Shown here piece by piece: positions 1 through 11,775 of a stretch of DNA of 64,000 nt. The stretch is from NCBI RefSeq assembly GCF_009914755.1, contig NC_060944.1. The stretch is one strand, 5' to 3'. The position numbers and the translations under genes are program-made. Each line of letters opens with the position of its first letter. Position 1 is the first letter of the stretch. The DNA comes from the human T2T-CHM13v2.0 reference genome, Homo sapiens. The notes below the pieces were generated by a model. The model saw only the letters and a program-made list of their open reading frames with translations. It was not told the origin of the DNA and made no database searches.

Positions 1-2287
1 CATTTTATGAGGCCAGCATCATCCTGATACCAAAACCTGGCAAAGACACAACACAAAAAGAAAATTTCTTTTTCCAATATTCCTGATGAACATCTATGTG
101 AAAATCCTCAATAAAATACTCGCAAACCGAATCCAGCAGAACATCAAAAAGCTTATCCACCATGATCAAGTTAGGTTCATCCCTGAAACCCAAGGCTAGT
201 TCAATATACATAAATCAAGAAACATAATCCATTACATAAGCAGAACCAATGACAAAAACCACATGGTTATCTCAGCAGATGCAGAAAAGGCCTTCGATAA
301 AATTCAACATCCACTCATGCTAAAAACACTCAATAAACTAGGTATTGATGGAACATATCTCAAAATAATTAGAGCTACTTATGACAAACCCACAGCCATT
401 ATCGTATGGAATAGGCAAAAACTGGAAGCATTCCCTTTGAAAACCGGCACAAGACAAGGATGCCCTCTCTCACCACTCCTAAGTCCTGGCCAGGGCAATC
501 AGGCAAGAGAAAGAAATAAAGAGTATTCAAATAGGAAGAGAGGAAGTCAAATTGTCTCTTTTTGCAGATGACATGATTGTATATTTAGAAAACCCTATCA
601 TGTCAGCCCAAAAGCTCCTTAAGTCGATAAGCAGCTTAAGCAAAGTGTTAGGATACAAAATCAATGTGCAAAAATCACAAGCCTTCCTATACACCAATAA
701 TAGACAAACAGAGAGCCAAATCATGAGTGAAGTCCCATTCACAATTGCTACAAAGAGAATAAAATACCTAGGAATACAACTCACAAGAGATGTGAAGGAC
801 CTATTTAAGGAGAACTACAAACCACTGCTCGAGGAAATAAGAGAGGACACAAACAAATGGAAAAACATTTCATGCTCATGGATAGGAAGAATCAATATCA
901 TGAAAATGGTCATACTGCCCAAAGTAACTTATAGATTCAATGCAATTCCCATCAAGCTACCATTGACTTTCTTCACAGAATTAGAAAAACGACTTTAAAT
1001 TTCATATGGAATCAAAAAAGAGCCCGTGTATCCAAGACAATCCTAAGCAAAAAGAACAAAGCTGGAGGCATCACTCTACCTGACTTCAAATTATACTACA
1101 AGGCTACAGTAACCAAAACAGCATAGTACTGGTACCAAAATAGATATATAGACCAATGGAACGGAACAGAAGCCTCAGAAATAACACCACACATCTACGC
1201 CCATCTGATCTTTGATGAATCTGACAGACACAAGCAATGGAGGAAGGATTCCCTATTTAATAAATGGTGTTGGGAAAACTGGCTAGCCATATGCAGAAAA
1301 CTGAAACTGGACCCCTTCCTTATACCTTATACAAAAATTAACTCAAGATAAATTAAAGACTTAAACATAAGACCCAAAACCATAAAAACCCTAGAAGAAA
1401 GCCTAGGCAATACCATAAAGGACATAGGCATGAGCAAAGCCTTCATGACTATAACACCAAAAGCAATTGCAACAAAAGCCAGAATTGACAAATGGGATCT
1501 AATTAAACTAAAGAGCTTCTACACAGCAAAAGAAACTATCATCAGAGTGAACAGACAACCTACAGAATGGGAGAAAGCTTTTGCAATCTATCCATCTGAC
1601 AAGGGGCTAATATCCAGAATCTACAAGGAATTTAAACAAATTTACAAGAAAAAAAAAAAGCAACCCCATCAAAAAGTGGGTGAAGGATATGAACAGACAC
1701 TTCTCAAAAGAAGACATTTATGTGGCCAACAACATATGAAAAAAGCTCATCATCACTGGTTCTTAGAGAAATGTAAATTTCTCTATCACAATGAGATACC
1801 ATCTCATGCCACTTAGAATGGTGATCATTAAAAAGTCAGGAAACAGATGCTGGAGAGGAGGTGGAGAAATAGGAACACTTTTACACTGTTGGTGGGATTG
1901 TAAATCAGTTCAACCATTGTGGAAGAGAGTGTGGCAATTCCTCAAGGATCCAGAACTAGAAATACCATTTGACCCAGCAATCCCATTACTGGGTATATAT
2001 CCAAAGGATTATAAATCATTCTACTATAAAGACACATGCACATGTATGTTTGTTGCAGCACTGTTCACAACAGCAAAGACTTGGAACCAACCCAAATGTC
2101 CATCAATGATAGACTGGAATAAGAAAATGTGGCACGTATACACCGTGAATACTATGCAGTGATAAAAAAGGATGAGTTCATGTCTTTTGCAGGGACATGG
2201 ATGATGCTGGAAACTATCTTTCTCAGCAAACTAACACAGGAACAGAAAACCAAGCACGGCATGTTCTCACTCATAAGTGGGAGTTGA
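1..2287 (+). pseudogene. Disrupted L1 ORF2 (RT and Cys-rich domain)
   Basis: Broken into ORFs 263-571, 552-998, 1430-1816 and 1791-2162 by frameshifts and stops. An about 17-bp deletion after CCACTCCT at 480 separates PLSPLL from FADD. The position of the native stop is TGA 2285-2287. Confidence 0.93.
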
Positions 2288-2507
2288 ACAATGAGAAACA
2301 TGGACACAGGGAAGGGAACATCACACACTGGGGCCTGCCAGGGGCGGGGTGGGGGGTGGTAAAGGGGAGGGATAGCATTAGGACAGATATCTAATGTAGA
2401 TGATGGGTTGATGGGTGCAGCAAACCACCATGGCACATGTATACCTATGTAACAAACCTGCACATTCTGCACAAGTATCCCAGAACTTAAAGTATTAAAA
2501 AAAAAAG
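1..2507 (+). mobile_element. LINE-1 (L1PA7-like), 3' 2.5 kb: ORF2 RT to C-terminus, 3' UTR and poly(A); continues 5' of the window
   Basis: ORF fragments match L1 ORF2p ([38 protein letters not shown]). The 3' UTR has the G-rich tract and ...cccagaacttaaagta followed by an A tail ending about 2507. Confidence 0.97.
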
Positions 2508-2959
2508 AACCAAAACTAAGTCAATGCTCAGCTTGTGGCTTCTCTAAGTGGTTTTATTTCTTCTCTCTTTTCACCTGCGTTGTAGAGGCAGAGGCAAGCA
2601 TGGAGGTTGGGAGTTGGGCTAGTGCTGGCTAATGGGATGCTAGCAGAAGGAGCATCTCCTCCAGGGAGAAAGACAAGGCACACTGCAGCCCGGAACATTG
2701 GCAAATGGATGGATTTGGCAGAGACCCTCCTTAGGGGACTCTGAGGCAGGCATTGTCAATAGAACTTTCATTTCTGCAAATGACTATAATTGTCACATGG
2801 GAAATTTACAGTTAAGAGTTTGGACTACCAATCTCAAGTGTCTGACTTTCCACCTGTTACTCCAACTGCGCTCTAGAGCCACCTACTCACTTTCTCTGTC
2901 CTCTGAGTCTCCTGCCTCAGTGTCTGGTTCTTCTTAGTACTGAGACCATTTCCTCTGAG

Positions 2960-3395
2960 TGTTGTAGAACTTTGCTCCTTAATTCAGCTAAAATCCAGCT
3001 TCTTGTCACATGACCAGGAAAATTCAGGCATTTAGACACATTGAAGGGTGAGTAGAGCAGGACTTTATTGGGCAAAAAGGAAAAAAAGAAAAAAAAAAAC
3101 TCAGCAATGCCAGATGAAGTTCCTGCTAACCCACCCCCACCTCCCAGATTGATTCCAGGGTCACCACAGGAACTGAAGAGTGCAAGCTCCACCCCTGCAT
3201 AAGGTGCAAATTCTGCGTGGCTTCACCCACTTCCCCTGGTGTGCATGTTGGGCTCCAGTCCACTGTTAGCATGCCCAGGCAATCCCTGGGCAGATTCTCT
3301 CATCTGCACAAAAGCATGTGATATAAACACTTGTGGAGCTAGTGGTAGATTCTCCAGAGACCCCTATTTATCAGCCTAGGCATTTGGCTGTCTCA
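2960..3395 (-). mobile_element. ERV1 solo LTR, MER61 family (MER61C/E-like)
   Basis: TG...CA ends; the minus strand starts TGAGACAGCCAAATGCCTAGGC as in recalled MER61; 4-bp TSD TGAG at 2956-2959 and 3396-3399. Confidence 0.85.
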
Positions 3396-3799
3396 TGAGT
3401 ACTGCCTAGGCCTTCAGCCACATCTAAGTGTCTCACAGAGGTGAGTATACACTCCTAAGGGTATATACTTCTGTATTTTTGAAGAGTTATACACACTTCT
3501 GTGAATCTTTTGTAGTGTATGTATGTGTATGTATAAATTTGTCTTTGTGTATTTGTTTCTACTCCTGCACTAGAAGTGGGATTATTACAAAGCTCAGTGT
3601 GGGTATTTCAGGGGAACACTCATCCCAAACCCTCTCTGCCATACATCCTTCAGCAACAGGATCTTTTGGGGTCTGCTGCCTTAAGCCATGCCTAGAAACT
3701 AGACCTCGATAGTGGAATTGGTGTGTAGTGCTTTAGAACTAAAGGAGACCTTTCAGAAAGAAGTGTCAAGGAATAGCCCTATCTTGGCATGAGGCTACC

Positions 3800-4390
3800 C
3801 AAACTTTGATTCCAAATCTGGAAGATGTGGTTGGGAGAAGTGAATCTGGTGGAGGACCCTGGTATCTAATTCCCTGGCTGCTGCCATCCACAGTCAGTGA
3901 GTGGGAAGAGAACACTATCCTGTGTCTATCAACAAATTCCAAAATTAGTTCCTTTTCACCTCTTGGCTCTCTCTTTGCCACAAAATCCACACATTCAACA
4001 AGGCCAGTCTTTGTAAGTGTTGTGATAAACTTTCCTGACATTGACAAACAATTCATGTAATTTAGGCCTTGACAATGAAATATTTGCTTTGGTAATCTTT
4101 GGGATGTAGTGTGTCTTTTTCTTCTCTGAAGGTAACTTTTCCTTTTTTCCCTCTTTTGGTCTGGATAAATTTCCACTCCCAGATTCAAGGGTTTTTTTTC
4201 TGGCCGCCTGAGAAGTCAATTATCTCTGTAGTCTAAATCTTCAAACTCTTCATTAACCACAATTTCCTTCTTTTGTGACTTTGCCCAGATCTCCTCTTTT
4301 CCAGCTTTTTTCTGCTTCTCCTCAGTCAGCGTGGGCCAGAAGTCTTTCTCAGTAATCAATAAGACTATCCATTCCTTTTGGAGATAGTAT
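3800..4390 (-). pseudogene. Highly decayed L1/HAL1-type ORF1 fossil
   Basis: Collinear ORF1p-like motifs across two frames: EDLDYRDN..RRP...LGV, HYIPK....SLSRPKL, TYKDWP.*M..DFVAK.EPRGE...I, RIVFSSHSLTVDG (compare RLLYPAKLSITIDG). Aligned by eye only. Confidence 0.45.
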
Positions 4391-5174
4391 CAGTTTATGC
4401 CAAAATCCAGTCAAATACATGAGTCCTTTGCATACAATGGTGATCGGTTTACCCGAAACGAACCAGGTAGCTAATCTCTAGAATTCCAAATTCTAGTTCT
4501 CTGGATTTAGAAATTAACTCAATATTATGAAATCAAATATATTGGAAGGTGAACAAGGAGGAGAAGGAAAACCAGATACATAATTTTATGTAATTGAAGA
4601 AATAGCTAAATATCTTCCACCATTGCAGTGCACCTCCTTGGAGGCAACATAAGTGAAATCTTCCATAACATCTGTTTTGAACTTTGCATCTTTTGCATGT
4701 TGCTCTACCCTTCTTGATTCTAGCAAGGATGGTAAGTAGAAGAACGAAAAACCATGAGAGAGGCTGTGCTTGCGATATTGCCAGCCTGACTGGAAACAGG
4801 AAATACCAGGAATCTTATAATAAATGTGGAGACTTCCAGCCTAATTTCACAGTCCAGAAGTTTGAATAGAGGTTAGACTAGGCTGCAAATCTTGGGCGTA
4901 CATTTCAACAAAACTTCCGGTCACATGGTGACCCACCCTGTGTCAGAGGAGTTGCCTGTGAAATTCAGTCTTGGTTAACTAAATTCTGAGATAGCAAAAT
5001 CCCAATGCCCTTCAACTTTTTGAGGAGATCATAAATAGAAGGTGAGATTTGGCAAAGTTGGACAATGAGATGCAGACAATATCACCTTGATAATTCTTCA
5101 AAGCCAATTAGAAAACCTTTTGCTGTGGCTTAGATAAAGCCCTATTAGAAAAGGGGGAGGAATTTGGACAATTA

Positions 5175-5325
5175 CTACTCACAGTAGCAGTATTGGCATC
5201 ATCTGAGAGCTTCATGGAAATGCAGAATCTTAGGTCCCAAACCACATCTGCTGAATCACAGTCTGTGTTTTCATAAAATATTCTAGTGATTTGTATGCAC
5301 AGTGAAGTATAAAAAGTGCTAACCT
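5175..5325. mobile_element. MER5A-type hAT-Charlie MITE
   Basis: ggcatcatctgagagctt...aaatgcagaatcttagg...ctgctgaatca...gtgatttgtatgcac matches the MER5 pattern. Confidence 0.75.
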
Positions 5326-5569
5326 GGAAGACTCCTGATAGTTCTTTGAAAGTTCAGTAGTTTCTACTTGGCGTGTGAATGATGAATAGTTTCTGTAGGT
5401 AGTTAAATACCTATGCAATACTAGCTATCTAGTGTAGATAGTATAGTTTCTACACTGCTTTCTATACCTTCCATAATCTGAAGAATACCATAACCCTTTC
5501 CTTCAATTAATTCTCCTGAATTATCTTACAGTGTAACGGTTTGAACGTGTGTGTATGTGTATATATATA

Positions 5570-6198
5570 TTTCTCCTGCTACTGTGTAGCAAATTATAAT
5601 AAATCTAGCAGCTTAAAACAACATACATTTATTGTCTCACAGTTTCCATGGATTAGAAGTCTGGATATGGGTTAGCTAGGGCCTCTGGTCAAGGTCTCAT
5701 CAGGCTGAAATTGAAGGTGTCAGTGGGGGCTTCTCTCTCATCTGAAACTCAAGGTCCTCTTCCAAGCTCATTGGTTGTTGGCAAAATTTATTTCCTTGTG
5801 ACTGAATGACTTAAGTCCGTTTTCTTGCTAGCTGTTGACTGTAGCTTACTCTCAACTCCTGGACACTGCACTTAGGTGTGTGCTACGTGGCCCCTTTCGC
5901 ACCAAGGCTCTTCATGTCTGCTAGGCCATACAAAAGCATCTGGTGCTTGTCTCTTCTGTGAGTTCACCTGATTAGGCTCAGCCCATTGAAGATAATCTCC
6001 CTTTTGATTGACTCAAAGTCAGCTGATAGGAAACTTAATTCTATCTTCAAAGTCCCTTTTGTTACATAATGTAACATGATTATGGGAGAGATGTCCCATG
6101 ATATCCCCAGGTTTTTGGCAACACTCAAGGGGAAGGAATTACATACAGCATGTGCACCAGGCAATATTAGAGGCAATGATAGAATGCTGCCTGCCATT
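5570..6198 (-). mobile_element. MaLR solo LTR (MLT1E-like)
   Basis: gcttaaaacaacatacatttattgtctcacagtttc...cacactcaaggggaagg...agaatgctgcctgcca; about 630 bp. Confidence 0.8.
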
Positions 6199-7279
6199 AT
6201 AAATACACATACACACATGCACAGACCCACACATATATAGATTACATATAATGTATGTATATGTAAATGACAGGATTTTAGATTAAAAACTCTTTGAAAT
6301 AAACTAGTGTTCCCCAAACTATATTGCTTCACTTAACATCTTCATTATTTTTACAAAACCTTGAAAGAAACCATACCATTGTTCACATATATTTTCTTTA
6401 TGTTGATTACTTTTTAAACTTAAAAATATGCTAAGAAGAAAACTTTAGTAGCATTAACATAAATTGACAGCCATTATCATTCATTAGGAAACAGGAGGTA
6501 ACACAAAATATAAATTCAAGAGAAATAAAGCATTATCAAATTAAATCTATCCACCATTGCCTGAACTTGAAGTCTGTGCCCAATGATTGCTTTTCTTTGT
6601 CAAAATGGAAATGTAGCAAGTGTTTAAAGTGTTTAAAGATTAAGATGGCCTAACTCCAAATCGAGTATTTCTTCTGTAATTCATTGTCGAGGTAAGTGTA
6701 AAAAGAATCACTTTCTCATCTTGTGATTCAATGTTCTCGATGCTGGGTAATTGCCACCTAACTAAGGTGAGTCCTACATCTTGGTATTTCCTTGGTTTCT
6801 TGAAGATCTTTATTAATAATAATACCTTTTGCCCCAAGTGGAATAGTATGTAAACCTTGTGTGTTATTTTATCTCATTAGGCCTTTGTTGCTTCCTATAT
6901 AAAATATTCATGCTAGTTAGTATGTCAAATATTCTGACAGTACCAGAAACAACTTCTGAGAGCTCTTCTAGCTCCAGGATCTATAATTATATCCAGTTAG
7001 CGATATGAGATTAATGCATGGGATTATTTATTAGATTGGCTGGCTAGCTACCTAGCAAGGAGTAGTTTTTACCAAAGGATTAGGATGTAGAAAGATGAAA
7101 AGTGGAACTGTAGACTGTGCCCATTTGAAATATGGGCTGTGGCTCAAGGAAGACAAGCCTGTGTAGGGCTATGTGGGGTCTGTGGGCAGTCATGGAGGCA
7201 ATAAGTGGATTGGCCATGGACTAAAAAGAGATAACCATCAAAAAGTTTAGGAGGCATCAGAGAAAAACCATTTAATTCA

Positions 7280-7740
7280 CTTCTGCATTAGGCAGAACCT
7301 GACAGTTCACAGCATACTGGGTATCTTCTATCTGCCCCTTTGGGTCCATTGCTACTATTATCTGCCCTGCTCTGATCCTGGTGGATCTCCTCTGACTTCC
7401 AGCTGGGTTGGTCAATGGGAGGTGGCATGAGGAGATGCAAGTACTGGAGGAAATGATGGGGCACTTATTCTCTGGCTTCCTCTCTGCCCCTTAATCATGT
7501 ATTGGCTGATCCTGCCATGGAAGGCCATAGCTCTTTTTGGCCAGCCCTCCCCTATAGCTACCATTCAGCATTCCAGTAACTGTCCCCAACTCTTCCCCTT
7601 CCTGGCTCAGGGTTAAAAAAGAGGCTCCCTCTCTTGCCATTTTCTGTTGGTTTTCTGAACCCTTCCCAAACACTATAAATAGTCCCTTCCTTAAACTCAG
7701 TTTGTGTGTGCCATCATTTCCCTGCAGGATCCAGTATACA
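7280..7740 (+). mobile_element. ERVL LTR (LTR33-like)
   Basis: cttccagctgggttggtcaatgggagg core and 3' end aaatagtcccttccttaaactc...gtgtgccatc...ataca. Confidence 0.7.
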
Positions 7741-8876
7741 GTCCTCAGCAGATTTAAATCATGGATGCTTTAGAATACTGCAAGCCTGTAAGTAAAGGAG
7801 ATGCTCTCCTGCAATGGCTCACTTTTCTACCTTTGGCTGTGAAGTGAGATGTGCAACACACTCTAGGAACCCCCCGCCTCAATCCAGTAACTTAATCTGA
7901 GTCCCCCCTTCATTCTGCAGATCTGAGCTGTATATAAAAAGGTAATTGGAAATAATCATTTATTATTGTGTTTTAACTTAAAAACTGTCTTCTAAAAGTG
8001 TAAGAAATAGATTTACTCTGCTAAAGTATAGTTAAGACTAATTTATATTTTTAATCTCAAAATGGCAGAAGTGCTTTCGAACTTGGAATACAGTGCAATG
8101 ACTCCTTCCCCTTGTATTATGCAGACTTGACTTGAAAGGAGACACTTAGGTCCACTGAAACTTCTCAGTTTTGTCGATCAAAAGGATCAAAGTCAAGGGG
8201 ATAAGCCTGAGACAGGACACTGAGTGTTTCATAAAGGAAAGAGAAATGAGGCTGGATGCCAATTATCCTAGAATTCAATGGTTTCAATTTCAAACAAGGT
8301 AGGAATCAAAAGTCCTTTTAAAAAATTGAACAATTATTATATTCCAACAAAAGATTAGGTAGGATGAACCTGAATTTGAAGATAAAAAGACATAGGTATT
8401 TCTTTAAAAGGAATAACACTGAGCTTGTCCTGTATTATTCTGGCGAGTCTTTGCAATGAAGGAAGAGCTGACGCTGTTTTTTGGTGACTCAACTTTCTTC
8501 AACTAGATTAGGCTTAGAGACTGTCAAGAGTGATATTTCAACCAGAAAATCCAATGACAGTTATTCTTTATGTATGTGACTGGGTGAAATAGTGTGACCA
8601 GATGATCATAAGCTCTTTTGTATATAAATATGGAACAGTTTAGGCTTGTAACTATAGCTTCTCTTTGAAGGATTTGTCTTCTTAATAAGAACAATAACCA
8701 TTTTTCATTTATTGAGTATTAAAGTTGAACAAATATGGCTAAGAACCCCTGCTGTGGGAAATGCCTGCAGGTGATTCATAGACAACTCAATAAATAACAT
8801 ATTGTGCAATAGTTTCCCCTTTCAATGATCTTTCAGGCCTTCAGATTATATTAAGGAGTCAGTTTTAGTTTGTTGA

Positions 8877-9228
8877 TACCATATTTCCTTGATTCTAGGG
8901 TGTATATAGTTTTACATGATACCATCATTGGAATTGGAGGGGGTCTTATAATTTGACATTTCCCAAAATGTTGCCAGTCATATGTCAGTAAGATGCGATT
9001 GGATTGTCATTGTGTGCCTGAACTTCATTTTGGTTACTCTTCATACTGTTGTCACTTTTGTGTCTAAATAGGTCTAGAAGAGTCCTTTTAATAAGCACTA
9101 CCTATAGTTTCTATGTGAGAACAGAGAATTATGTCATAGCTTAATGGACAGCAGTTTCTTTTTTTCTTTGTGTAACATCATATAATAATGTGTCTTACCT
9201 TCCATGGCATCGTAGAGTCTATGAAATG
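8877..9228. mobile_element. Old TcMar-Tigger-type non-autonomous DNA transposon (subfamily uncertain)
   Basis: Degenerate terminal inverted repeats taccatatttccttgattcta ... tagagtctatgaaatg. Confidence 0.5.
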
Positions 9229-9364
9229 CTCACTTTGAGGCCTGGTGATCGATGGAATGGTCTTGCCAAGCTGAGGAGCAGGCTGAACTGAAGTCATGCA
9301 TTGGCAATCAGGGTAGAGCCAAGGAGACTTCTTCAGGACAGGGAGAGCAACTGCATCAAACCAT

Positions 9365-9495
9365 AAGTTAGAGGACCACGTGACCTTGGTCAAACTGATC
9401 AACTTCTCTAAGCCTCAGTGACACTTTTACTAAATGGAAATAACAATAATATCTACCTTGGTAAGCTGTAAAAATTAGATAAGAATGTGTTTATA
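9365..9495 (+). mobile_element. MIR SINE
   Basis: gtgaccttggtcaa...ctctaagcctcagt...aaatggaaataacaata core. Confidence 0.75.
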
Positions 9496-9519
9496 AATAT
9501 GTTTTTATGCAATTATGCC

Positions 9520-9850
9520 TAGAGACATTTTATAATGTTATTGTTCATAACAATATACAAGAATTTGTCCTACAGAAGGAGGATGGTTGGATGATTATGT
9601 ATCCACATAATAGATGTTAATGCAGTGCATAAACACAATATGTAAGAGGACATTTATGATACAGGGAGACGTACAAGATGAAATATTAACCATCGAAAGG
9701 AGGTTACATAAACAAATATATTAAAAAATAAAACAAGTAATTTTATTTTTTTAAATTTTTTACTCACCACTATACAAATGAGGAAAAACAAGTAATTTTA
9801 ATGTGTTTTGTAAGTTGTATGTGTAAAATATTACTACTAAAATACAAACA
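9520..9850 (+). mobile_element. Old L1M 3'-end fragment (host of the tRNA-fragment insertion)
   Basis: ggatggttggatgattatgtatccacataatag...atgcagtgcataaa resembles the L1ME ORF2 end and 3' UTR. Confidence 0.4.
9746..9784 (-). pseudogene. Retroposed 5' fragment (nt 1-23/24) of tRNA-Asp(GTC) with A-rich tail
   Basis: Minus strand TCCTCATTTGTATAGTGGTGAGT(A) versus recalled tRNA-Asp-GTC 5' end TCCTCGTTAGTATAGTGGTGAGTA (2 mismatches); tail A6T3A7; direct repeat AAAACAAGTAATTTTA at 9730-9745 and 9785-9800. Confidence 0.85.
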
Positions 9851-11079
9851 ATAATAAGTGCATTTTCTATTACAATATATAAAGCAAGTTCCCCTACATT
9901 TTCCCATTTCATTTTCTCATTGAAACTCTAAAGTGCCAGGTGTGCTACCAGGAAATGACATCAAACTTAGAGAGTGGCTGAATGTTCACAATGGCTGCTG
10001 TCAGCTGTGTCTTCATCCATGGCAATGTATGAGTTAATGTCCAGGTCTGAGGTGAGGGGAGTGGGACACCTGCAGGGCCAGGTATCAGAATACCCTGTGT
10101 CTCATTCTGGCCCTGGCCCCGCGGTGCTCTGCCACCTGCCACCTTGGGTTTAGATAAGTCAGTCTGAGTCTGAGGCTAATCTGGCTGGAAAAGGAAGTGA
10201 AAACATCATAGACTCATTGAAAGTGAATCTGACGCTATTCAACTTATGAATCTAGAAACTTTGTCCCCAGTTAAATATCTTGACTTGTTCTTTAACTCCT
10301 CCTTCTGTTCATCTTTCACATCCATCTACTGGGCTCTCATACTGGTGTTCTCTTCCCCCATCGCTTTTATCCATATTTTCTTCCCCATTGCTACAGCCTG
10401 AGGACAAATCATCAACTCATTCACGGAAATTGACAATTCATCTTGCTCTCTTCAGACTACTGAAGATTTTTACCACTTTTGAACTCCATTCTCACCAATT
10501 CGTTTGCTTCTCCCGTGTGATTTTTTCCTATAACTCTAACTAGCATTTTTGAGGCTCCCATCATATTGGTCCGTTGCCTGACTCATCCCATTCCCATGAG
10601 AACCCCACCACCACCATTGCCCCCTTGGTAATCCCAGTAGTAATCCTATGCATTTCCTTCCTCTGGCCCCTCTCATTTAGGCTATCTTCTCCATCTCTCA
10701 CAAATTCTTCAAATTCGTATCATAATCGTTCTCTAAGATGTACAACAAACATTAAAATCTTCAACCTCTCCCAGTGCCTATAACATTGAACAAACAGTTG
10801 GCTCTCCCTTAGCTCATGCCTTTTAATCAATAATATTATTTCTGCTAATTCAGTTTTACCAGAAACAAGTCATTTTTCTCCTGTGGACCCAATATCCCTT
10901 ATTTGTTATAAATGAATAATAACACTTCATGTTTCAGCTTTCACACAGTGCTGTGTTGAGAATCAAATACTAAAATGGGAGAGAAATCCCTTAGCACAGT
11001 TAAATCACCCAATGTCATATCAATTGGTGTTGGCTCACAGAAGCACAACATCATATGTAGAAGACTTTGCCAGGGTCTT

Positions 11080-11775
11080 GAGCAGATCCCCTTGTGTCAT
11101 TATTAATGGTTCCATGTGCTCATTCCCAGGTTCTTTGTGCTTTGACTTTTGCATCTTGTTCTTTTTAGAGTCTTGCTCCCACAAATGCCTAGAAGTTTAT
11201 GTCTCCTCACTGCAGGCCTTATCTGATAACTGATGGGTAAAGGAGTATGAAAGCTCAGCTCCTGTTCCCCAAGAAGGACAAACTCTGAGGTGTGATTTAT
11301 GTCCCAGAACTCCCCAAGGATTTGGCTGAGGCTGGGATGTCACCTGACATAATATCCTTGCTTGGTGTGTCTTTTCCCCTGCCTGTTTCTCCCACTTTCT
11401 TGTCAGTTTTTCTTTGGAGAACTTTCTTCTTTTTTAAATTTTTATTTGTCAATTTATTCATTTATTTATTTTTTAATATAATTTCATCTTTTGTTTTAGA
11501 CTTAGGGCGCACATGTGCAGGTTCGTTACGTGGGTATATTGCATGACCCTGAGGTTTGGGGTATAAATGATTCCGACACCCAGGTAGTGAGCATAGTACT
11601 CAACAGGTACTTTTTCAGCCCTTACCTTCCTTCCTCCCTCTGCTCTTCAATCTATTGTCCTTAGTGTTGTTGTTCCCATCTTTACGTCCATGTGTACCCA
11701 ATGCTTGGGGGACTTCCTCAATAGATCACTTATACCTTTTCCTCAAATCTTCTCTGGAGAACTCAACCTGAGACA
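11080..11775 (+). mobile_element. ERVL LTR16-family solo LTR, interrupted by an L1 3' end
   Basis: ggagtatgaaagctcagctcc...ggacaaactctgaggtgtgattta...; ends ...aactcaacctgagaca. Confidence 0.75.
11425..11706 (-). mobile_element. L1PA15/16-like 3' end nested in LTR16
   Basis: T-rich head then cacatgtgcaggttcgttacgtgggtatattgcatga...gaggtttggggta...cccaggtagtgagcatagtac; degenerate TSD ggagaactttct / ggggacttcct. Confidence 0.85.

Noticed and set aside
3773-3900. piggyBac-transposase-like string on the minus strand (LTVDG...YQGP...LPTTSSRFGIKVWV, then a frameshifted GY)
   Set aside because: It resembles the DE...KFGIK motif, but RIVF..SLTVDG and three upstream motifs fit L1 ORF1p collinearly, and no TTAA-CCC termini were found. 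A DDE_Tnp_1_7 HMM hit would reopen this.
5395-5456. Overlapping 6-8 bp inverted repeats (also 4478-4496 and the 12-bp palindrome at 23646-23657)
   Set aside because: Too short to exceed chance in 64 kb, and there is no consensus to show they are derived.
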